Assembly: GCA_951406725.2 (NCBI GenBank) | Contig: OX597833.1 | Coordinates: 50,468,001-50,532,000, forward strand | Direction of reading: 5' to 3' | DNA from: Octopus vulgaris | Taxonomy: Eukaryota | Length of the DNA stretch: 64,000 bases | In this document: piece after piece, positions 54,454-64,000 of the stretch | Numbering within the stretch: the stretch's first letter is position 1 | How the letters are laid out: each line of letters begins with the position of its first letter | Program-made: the position numbers and the translations under genes | The notes under the pieces: generated by a model | What the model was told of the DNA's origin: nothing | The model's input: only the letters and a program-made list of their open reading frames with translations | Databases searched by the model: none

Positions 54454-54607
54454 TCTTTCAGTTTCCATCTACCAAATCCACTCACAAGGCTTTGGTCGGC
54501 CCGAGGTTATAGTAGAAAACACTTGTCCAAGGTGCCACGCAGTGAGACTGAACCCGGAACCATGTGGTTGGTAAGCAAGCTACTTACCACACAGCCACTC
54601 CTACGCA
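54030..54607 (-). mobile_element. Full-length SINE family A with expanded internal microsatellite
   Basis: Reverse-complement head (54452-54607) and tail (54030-54235). Confidence 0.9.
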
Positions 54608-55779
54608 TGACATTAGTCATGTTTGTAATTGGGATAAGATGCGGTGTAGAACTAACTGTAAATATTGTTACATATTAGAGGGTATAAGGTCGTATAGATC
54701 AGCATAATACATGGTATAATACCAGAGGTCTAAAGGGAAATGTTTCTCGGCATAATATTAAAGATCTATAGAGTAATGTTCATAATCTTTAAGTGTTTAA
54801 TTCTCTCTAACTATATCAATTTACGATGAGACAAGTCTCCTGTGCCACACACTTAACCTACGGCAGCTTCAAATATCTTTTGATGTCGGCCGGCATTTTC
54901 TCTTGTTTGGGTGTTATTACTACATACTACAAGGAATTATTTTAGCAGGACGCTTGTAGGAATGCAAAAGCTACTTAACGTATAATCGCCATTTGAAATC
55001 GTCCTTATTGAGAGAAGGTGTATTGGAGTGATTTAGCTGAGAGCAGAATAAGAAGACAACGAAAGAATTAATGAAATGCGTAAACAGAAACTGGTTAAAG
55101 TAGAAAATGAAATAAAGTTGGTCTCAGCAATGATTATTTACGAATTTCCTACTAATGTTATGGATATTACTGTTACAAGTTATAAGACTATAAATCCAAA
55201 ATCCGATGGTTCATATATTTTGCTATTTGATTAATAATAGCATCGGTCCAAATTGTATAGGTTGTAGATTCATTTTGCTGCTCGGTCTAGCACTGTCACT
55301 GAGTCCTTGTGTGTTTTTACCCATGTCCTCTCTGTTGCAAGTATTCGGAGCATGACATTGGTTATAGAATGACTCAGCTGTCGTAGCTTCTTCTTAACTT
55401 GCACTTCTCAGCATTGAATCACTAGAGACACGTGGCGTTTGGAGACCAAGACTGAGAAGATCTGGACATACAAAAAAAAAAAAAAAGAAAAAAAGAAAAA
55501 GTCAACAGAAAAAAATAGTGCTGGTGATCACTATGTTGGAAGAAGAACCAGAGGTGATAAAAGTGTTTATTTACAATTTTCTTCTTAGATTAGGAGATAT
55601 TAGAAGTGAAAGTAGTAGGGTGGTAGATGGTAAGGAAAGATCAGGGACACTTATTGGGAATTGGACACACTGAAATAGATTCCTGCAGACGGAGAAAAAT
55701 TTAATATTTAATTTCCAAATTTATTTCAGATAATTTTATCCTGATACAGAATAATATATGAACATAAATCCTATATTAA

Positions 55780-56000
55780 AGTCGGCGAACTGGCAGGATC
55801 ATTACTCACGCCAGGTAAAATGCTTAACGGCATTTCGTCCGTCAATACGTGCAAAGTTCAAAATTCCACCGAGGTCGACTTCGCCGTTCATCCTTTCGGT
55901 GTTCGGTAAAATAGGTACCAGTCGATCACTGGGATCAATGATATCGCTTTATCTCCTCGCTCGAAATTGCTGGACTTGTACCAAAATTTGAAACTAATAT
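55780..56000 (+). mobile_element. Diverged SINE family B
   Basis: GTCGGCGAACTGGCAG...GTTCAAAATTCCACCGAGGTCGAC...TCATCCTTTCGG. Confidence 0.75.
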
Positions 56001-56448
56001 TATTCCTGTAATAATTGAAGACGTAGATCTTTAGCGACAACGATACTCAAACTGACCGCTAAACTGGCCAAACATGGTTCTATCAAAGTATTTCTGTCAT
56101 ATGACATGCGTTTGATTGAGTGCTTATGTATTTTCTATAGGACACAGGGTCACACATTTTTCGAATGTCATGTCTGTATAAGTCATAATGAAAACACTCT
56201 TTGTTTTCTATCTACCAAGTGTGTGTAAATATATATATATATATATATATATATCAGTGATGAAAGCCCTTTTGCAGAGAGCCCGAGTTACATCTCCTCA
56301 TGTTTTCATTAACCACTACGACTAAGCACATGCCAGGGCTTTATTTAAATATATTACTTTTTAAAAATTTTCTTTATCTTCATTTATATCTATACATATG
56401 TGTGTGGGATTGTGAGCATGTAAATATAAATGTATGTACGTACGCATG

Positions 56449-56504
<56 letters not shown>

Positions 56505-56532
56505 GATGTATATGTATATATATATATGTGTA

Positions 56533-56657
<125 letters not shown>

Positions 56658-57572
56658 TTACTCATGAAAATTAATGTTTATGCGTACCGAATGAGAAATG
56701 ACGGCTGGCTGTGTAATAAAGAAATGCTAGTGCAACAGTAACCAGATATACGAAGCGTTCTGTTTCCATCTGCTCACCCGTCAGTGTCATATAATGACGA
56801 AACGCACCTGTTATGAACGACTGATAAGAACAAAAAATGATGGCAAGGCTTTCGAAATAAGAATCTTTTTCTTTATTCCACGTGGTTTAGGCAACAGTTT
56901 CTGTCAGGAGGAAATGCCAACTTATTCTAATCAATCTCGCTATTGTTTATTTGACATTAAATTAAAAAAAAAAAAAAATTGTATTAAACTTCGTAAGATT
57001 CAATATAAAATGATAAAACGTAGGAAAATTTAATTGTTCCCGTTTGCGAGTAAATATTTACTGTTTTGCTACCAAACGTTCGCTGTTATAAGATTGCAAG
57101 TGTTGCAGCCAGCATACCATGAAAAAAACAGACATTTTGGTAAACAGCGAGCTAAACAGATACTGCAATGCAAGCGAGACAAAACGTGAAGTAGCGATAA
57201 GGACAGAGTAATGCTTACTGAGTTGGTGGTTGCGTGTAAAAAAAAACACTAAATAATGTCTCGGTATAATGTTTGTTATACAGACTCAACATATATATTG
57301 TATTATTTTTTATTTATTTATTTATTTTGTTACTCAATTACTGAATAATAGAGTCGTTGACTATTATTATAGAGTTGGCAGATCAATGGTTCACTGCACT
57401 TCCGATGAAGAGAGTAAAGAAAAGGAAAAAAAAAACGAAAAGAAGTGAATATAAAAGTAACACAATCTTGATTTTGCTGCATCAGAAACTAAGACTTTCA
57501 CCAATGGAGAGAAATTTGAAAAAATATAATAAAAAGAGCGAAAAAACGTACATCCACACACACACGTGTGTG

Positions 57573-57604
<32 letters not shown>

Positions 57605-57626
57605 TGTATGTATGTATGTATGTATG

Positions 57627-57672
<46 letters not shown>

Positions 57673-57836
57673 GACAGGAAGGAAATATACAGTATAGCCG
57701 TGAATAACAGCAGAAAGAATGGGTATTATAACCCTTATAAGACGGGAAAAATTTGTAAAAAGTTGTGGGTCCCACGGTACTCGGACCCACACCTCCCGAA
57801 TACCGGCTGAGTACGGAAATTTGAAGCTTATACATG

Positions 57837-57892
<56 letters not shown>

Positions 57893-57914
57893 TGAGAGAG
57901 AGATATATATATAT

Positions 57915-57949
<35 letters not shown>

Positions 57950-57966
57950 GTATATATATATATATA

Positions 57967-58096
57967 TTTATTTTATAGAAGGAGCTTCTACAGGACTAGA
58001 ACTGTTTCATTCAAATGAAATCTTCAGGAAGCTTCCTGAAGATTTCATTGGAATGAAACAGTTCTAGTCCTGTAGAAGCTCCTTCTATAAAATAAA
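57967..58096. repeat. 130-bp spacerless palindrome (one mismatch) centred on AAGCTT
   Basis: TTTATTTTATAGAAGGAGC...CAGGAAG|CTTCCTG...GCTCCTTCTATAAAATAAA. Confidence 0.95.
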
Positions 58097-58194
58097 TTAA
58101 TTTACTCTGCTATGTATTGAGTACCTTATTTACTGTGGTTAGCCCCGACTCAACCCGGGACCTACATATATATATATATATATATATATGCATA

Positions 58195-58252
<58 letters not shown>

Positions 58253-58645
58253 TATATATGTATATATATGCATATATATGTATATATATATATGCGTACA
58301 CACAAAAATACACAGTTATATAAACAAAGGAATAGAGATGATCGTAAAGCATTTTTCAATCAGTGAGAAACGCTTCGATAATCAGCAGACATTTTTATTT
58401 TTCATGAATCAACATAACGGATTATCTTTTATCTTTTACTTGTTTCAGTCATCTGACTATCGCCATGTTTGGACACTGCCTTGAAGACTCACTTCTTGTG
58501 AAGCCTTGTACTTGTTCTATCATCGCCTTGGTTGAACCGCAAAACCAGAGGGTCGTAAACACACCAACACCAGTTGTCTAGCGGTGATGATGTGACAAAT
58601 ATAAACTCAAAGATACACACACACATAGATAATATACATACATGT

Positions 58646-58699
<54 letters not shown>

Positions 58700-58726
58700 A
58701 TAAAACCACTACGCCATATGCCCACG

Positions 58727-58980
58727 GGCATATGGCGTAGTGGTTAAGAGCGCGGGTTACTAACCCCAAGATTCCGAGTTCGATTCCATGAGCAATGATA
58801 ATAAAAATAATAACATCGAAAAATACCTTAGGTTCGAAATTTCCCAAAGACACCTGAAGGAGCCTGGAGGGTATATCAGCCGAAACGTTGTGTTAACAAC
58901 AAACAAGATGAGGACAAATATCCGTTGAATGTAAACAATGCAAATAATGTACGTAATTCCTTATCTCTTAAATATAGAAG
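58727..58980 (+). mobile_element. tRNA-headed SINE-like element with a hammerhead-containing 3' part
   Basis: A box TGGCGTAGTGG and B box GAGTTCGATTCC; HHR-like GACAC-CTGAAGG-A-GCCTG..CAGCC-GAAACGTT|GTGTT at 58849-58894. Confidence 0.7.
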
Positions 58981-59866
58981 CCAACACCAGTTGTCAATCG
59001 TTGATGTTGGGCAATCACACACACACACACAAATACACACACACACACACTCAACGAGCTTCTTTCAATTTCCACAAACCAAGTCAAGGCTTTGGTTAGC
59101 GCGGCACGAAGCTATAGAAGCCACTTGCCCTAGGTGCCATGGTGTAGAACTGAACAAAAACCACGAGTTAAAGAAGCAAACTTCTTGCCAAACACTTACG
59201 TATACTTATGCTTCTGTATATTTTACTGTATTCTATTGTTTACAAGCCAATTTTTACGAAAAAAATAAATGATGAAAACGAACGAGGAGAATTTAAATAT
59301 GGTTTATTTAATGGAAAATAAAATTATTGGGGAAACAAAACTAATTCATAAATGTCGTTCTCTTATCACATAAAGGTTTTAGAAACAAATTTAGCAAAGC
59401 AGTAAATATAATAATTTATCACCGATTCTGTCACATAAATATTCGAATACTTTGATTTTAAACAAGGAGCAATGGATTAGCAAATAATTGATGAGAATTA
59501 GCAACAAGATACCTCCTTCTAATTTTGTTAATAAAATATTATAAGTAGAATTAAGTTAATACGGAACAAGTCGTTGACCTTTTAAAGGATTTTTCTTCAT
59601 TTTTGTTTGAAATGTGAGAATCTAGTTTCTCAGTGTATATATTTTGTGAGAATACATTTGAATGATTTGAGTGGAAGGATATTGCAGACAGGTGTTTACG
59701 CGCGTATTTATGTTTGCTTGTATAAGCAAGTTACCAACCATGAAAGCTAACATCTGTAAGTTCACAAGCGTTAAGGTGTATGTATGAAAACCATGCTTTA
59801 TGAATGACACGTTTTTCGAAGTCAAATATAAATTCACATGAATCAACAACGTGTGATGTCTATATG

Positions 59867-59902
<36 letters not shown>

Positions 59903-60677
59903 CATATGAATGAATTTGTGTCAGGTTGTATATAGATGTGAAGATTACAATTACACACATGAACATTATTCCCTAGTTTATCTCCCCTTACTAGTGCTCT
60001 CTCATGCATTGAAACCTTGTTTCCTTTTGTCTTCCCACTTACGGTTATTTTCGAATCAAAGCCAATTTAAGATATGCAGATAGCTTTTATATTTTTTTTA
60101 CAATCTTACGTTTCCTCTTTCGCCCAACTTGTCTCATGCTGTCATTTAACGACGGACTTAAGTCCAAAACCTTTAGACATCTGGATTCTTTTTTTCTTTA
60201 GCGTGAAACAAATAGCTATATCTTTGTCTTCAATAAACTACTTATTTTATTCTGATATTTTATTCTGTTATTCAGGCCAGGCAAAAAGCCGACCGCAAGA
60301 GGTCTTTGTTGGAGAAAAAGCAAAATGAAAGGAACAGAGATTTGCTCTAAGCTAAAGCACAAAACGTGTGAAGACTCAGCAGGAAGTTTGGCAACTAGTC
60401 AGAAAACCATATCACCACTACAAAGTCCACCTTCACAAAAACGACTATAACTCACAGCAGGAGAATACACAAATATAGAAATACCACAAGAAACAGCAAA
60501 ACAACGACTATCACGACAAAACAACTAAACACACAAAAAGTAACTAACCCATCACCTTTAATAATGCATACAGAAAAAATAGTGATGTATTTAGTACATA
60601 AGCACAAGCAAATAATAAAAGAATATAGCACGAATAAAGCGTATCCTAGACAAACGCTTACAATAATCTGAGAAATA

Positions 60678-61242
60678 TTGGGTTGTCCGGAAAGTTCGTG
60701 CCGATTTATAGTAGCTTAACTTCCGACTTATTTTAGAACATGGTTGAGTCAATAAAATAGGATTTGACTACACCTCCATTTAGAGCACAGTTTAAGCTAT
60801 CTTTTCGTGGAAGAAGGTTTATGTTTCTATAACCTGTGTTAATTCTGTAACCTTTTAAAATGGAAAAAAAGAAAGTTCCTTTTCGGCACTTGATGCTTTG
60901 GGAACCAGACAAAAATTGCTGAAGCTCGGCTGGGATGTGTTACCCCACCCTTCATATTCACCAGATATTGCTCCTTCGGATTTCCACTTAATCAGGTCTC
61001 TGCAGAATAGTCTTAACGGTAAAAATTTCAATTCCTTGGATGACGTAAAATGATACCTTGATGAATCCTTTGCCATGAAACCACCTCAATTCTGGGAAGA
61101 GAGTATTTTCAAGTTAAAGGAAAGATGGAGACGCATTGTGCAACAAAATGGTTCATATTTGGTTGATTAAAATGTGATGGCAAGTATTTATTGACCTTTT
61201 TCTTTCCTTTAAAAATCGGCACGAACTTTCCGGACAACCCAA
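60678..61242 (+). mobile_element. Internally deleted mariner element with perfect TIRs and TA TSD
   Basis: TIR TTGGGTTGTCCGGAAAGTTCGTGCCGATTT at both ends; N-terminus MEKKKVPFRHLMLW (ATG at 60860) joined out of frame to LGWDVLPHPSYSPDIAPSDFHL...ERWRRIVQQNGSYLVD*. Confidence 0.93.
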
Positions 61243-61949
61243 TACATTTATAATAATCTGAAAAATATAAAAAATTCTCACATGATAAGGGAATTTTCAA
61301 ACGTGTTATGGACAAAATACTCTGTGGGATGAACTTTTCATGAATTCTTCATTGTCTAGGAGATTAAATTTCTTATTTTCCCTTAAACCGGGGAGAACAA
61401 CGTCTCCCACTTTTTTACTTTTTCTAACCTTGTCGTTGATCAATTCATCCCCAGGTTAATTCGTCGCTGGCCAATTCGCCCCCCACATACCCTTAAATGT
61501 GATTTTCGAGAGCTAGTTTAGAACAATCATTTTAGAAGTTAAATTGTCGTTGGACAGTTTTAGATATTTCTTTCCTGGACACCGGCGATGAGGTGGTACT
61601 ATCGTTTTGCACAGCCTTGGATCTCGAGGCATCGACCACTCCATTGGACTCGAACAGTAAGACGACGTCGCTGAACGCAAGAGACATCGAGATCGTGCAA
61701 TTCAACATGTAGCCATCAAAGGCATGAAGGAACGTGGAAAATTGTTTCATACATAGCAAGAAAACACACAATTCAACTTTTGCAGCATCAGTAAAGACGC
61801 GCACTAAGCAAATGCACGTTCTTTTCGAGCACTTCGAAACGGATGGTGAATCGGAAACGGTGAGAGACTTTAGTGATTAACTTGATGATATACTGTGGCA
61901 GTTGACTGAAGTCGTAAAGTTTTGCGAAAAGCCCAAAACAGTACTCTTT

Positions 61950-62160
61950 ACTCTTTTACTCTTTTACTTGTTTCAGTTATTTGACTGTGGCCATGCTGGA
62001 GCACCGCCTTTAGTGGAGCAAATTGACCCCAGGACTTGTTCTTTGTAAGCCTAGTACTTATTCTATCGGGCTCTTTTGTCGAACCGCTAGGTTACGGGGA
62101 CGTAAACACACCAGCGTCGGTTGTCAAGCGATGTTTGGGGGGACAAACCAAGACACACAA
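61950..62160 (-). mobile_element. SINE family A 3' half
   Basis: Reverse-complement tail match. Confidence 0.85.
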
Positions 62161-62249
62161 ACAGTAGTTTAGATCCGATTGGTGGTTCTCTCGTTAATAA
62201 AATACACAAGCAAACATATAAACATACATTTCCCTATATTCTAAAACAC

Positions 62250-62640
62250 AATTCCGCCGAGGTCAACTTTGCCTTTCATCCTTTTGGGGCCGATAAATTA
62301 AGTACCTATTTCTTTATTACCCACAAGGGTCTAAACACAGAGAGGACAAACAAGGACAGACAAACGGATTAGGTCGATTATATCGACCCCAGTGCGTAAC
62401 TGGTACTTACTTAATCGACCCCGAAAGGATGACAGGCAAAGTCGACCTCGGCCGAATTTGAACTCACAACGTAGAGACAGACGAAATACCACTAAGCATT
62501 TCGCCCGGCGTGCTAACGTTTCTGCCAGCTCGCCGCCTTTGGGGCTGATAAATTAAGTACCAGTTGCATACTGGAGTCAATCTAATCGACTGGATCCCTC
62601 CCCGAAAATTTCGAGCCTTGTGCCTAGAGTAGAAAATTAT
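62250..62640. mobile_element. SINE family B (minus, ~62305-62539) nested in an opposite-strand family B copy
   Basis: TTTGGGGC.GATAAATTAAGTACC is duplicated on both sides of the minus-strand copy. Confidence 0.8.
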
Positions 62641-63923
62641 ATTCTAAAACACAACGGTCGAATATACATATATGTAAATAGAAAGATACATTTACATATA
62701 TACATTTTTTATATGTTCACAACCGACAGAATAGTCTAGACGATATTTATATTTCCCTGAATCGTGTTTGAAATAGTCAAAATTTCTTTTTATGTTTTTT
62801 ATGTTTGCTAGGAAAAGTAATATTTGCTCCAAACACCAGCAAAAATTAATTATTTCAAACTCCAAAATTAGAAGCGGTTTCGATAGAAAAGAAATATAAT
62901 TAATCCGTGGGACAAATTTCAAATGAAATACTAAACTTCCAATTTATATCTACTTCATCAGGGAAAGGTAGCTTTCTTTTTTTTAATATCCTCGACAACA
63001 CCAACAGTATCAATTATTAATTTTACATAAGCACGACGTCCTTGGTTTACATGAACTGAAAAGGAATAACGTTGATGTTGATGTTTTCTCATGTTAGCAC
63101 AAGGTCACGCTTCTTACTCAAGCATTAAGTAGACTAAATCTACACTAGTATTATTTTTCTAATATTTACCAGCTTCGGAATGATTTTAATCCTGAATTTT
63201 GACAAAGATCAAAGTGAAGTAATTGGTATTTAAAGGGAAAAATTTGACAAGTCAGTCAGTCACCGGTTGATACTCGCTGACGATACATCGAAGAGGCCAG
63301 GGAACAGAAGAAAGAAGAAGAAGAAAGAAGACATGCACCCAACACAAGAGCCGAAGACACCCCCGAAAGGGGCGGGGGCTCGCCACGTCAAAACGGTAGA
63401 GGAGTGCCTCCTGATGATGTCTTGAGCTAACTGGATCCTATAAAGGAGCTGTTGTGGTAGCAGACCACGAAACACGGTTGTAATTCCTCTGAGGCTCAAG
63501 GTCAGCAGTCTTCGAAGAAGGGACTTAGCCGACGCTATGACTCCAATATTTGGCTAGTATTTTATTTCATCGACCCAATACGGAAGAACGACTGGGTTGA
63601 CCTCAGAAGGATTTGAACTCGACATAAAGTGCTGGAAAAAATAGTATAAAACATTTTCCCGACACTTAAGGTAATCTGCCAGCTTGTGGCCAAACATCAA
63701 AATATAATCCTTTCTACTAAAGACACAAGGCCTGAAATTTTGGGGGGAGGGGACAAGTAGATTACATCGACCGGATCTTTACCCTTTGAACGGCAGATCG
63801 AGAAATTAATTTTTTGTAACTAAATACTTTCAAACTTCGGACACTGGTAGAATGTGTCATATAAAACATTTTTTACTCTTAGTGCTTGACGTAACGAAGG
63901 AAAATAAACAATAAGAGCAATAA

Positions 63924-63935
63924 ATGATGATGATG

Positions 63936-63999
<64 letters not shown>

Positions 64000-64000
64000 T
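63924..64000. repeat. (GAT)n/(TAA)n microsatellite
   Basis: Direct reading. Confidence 0.97.

Noticed and set aside
61430-61880. Possible DNA transposon remnant with AATTC-type subterminal repeats and a 90-aa ORF
   Set aside because: No recognisable transposase motif or second terminus.

Overview
AT-rich, microsatellite-saturated eukaryotic (metazoan) non-coding DNA. The repeat repertoire (tRNA-headed SINEs with CORE-like or Nin/Deu-like bodies, (TA)n/(TCTA)n/(CA)n arrays) points to an octopus/coleoid genome; this is an inference. No intact protein-coding gene is visible, and nearly all ORF-track entries are microsatellite translations. Recognisable content: about 25 SINE copies or fragments from four modular families; decayed Tc1/mariner elements; non-autonomous Helitrons; a hAT-like MITE; a CR1/L2-type LINE 3' end; an R4/Dong-like RLE LINE fragment; and a decayed Penelope-like element (PLE) GIY-YIG endonuclease. 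The most notable signal is about a dozen minimal type-I hammerhead ribozyme (HHR) motifs of varying quality with palindromic stem III, on short modules mostly inserted in (TA)n tracts. They include one canonical-core copy (23404-23486), core variants (G3:C8 swap, U4C, A6U), HHRs inside long fold-back palindromes, and a tRNA-headed SINE ending in an HHR. All structures were folded by eye and need computational and biochemical confirmation.
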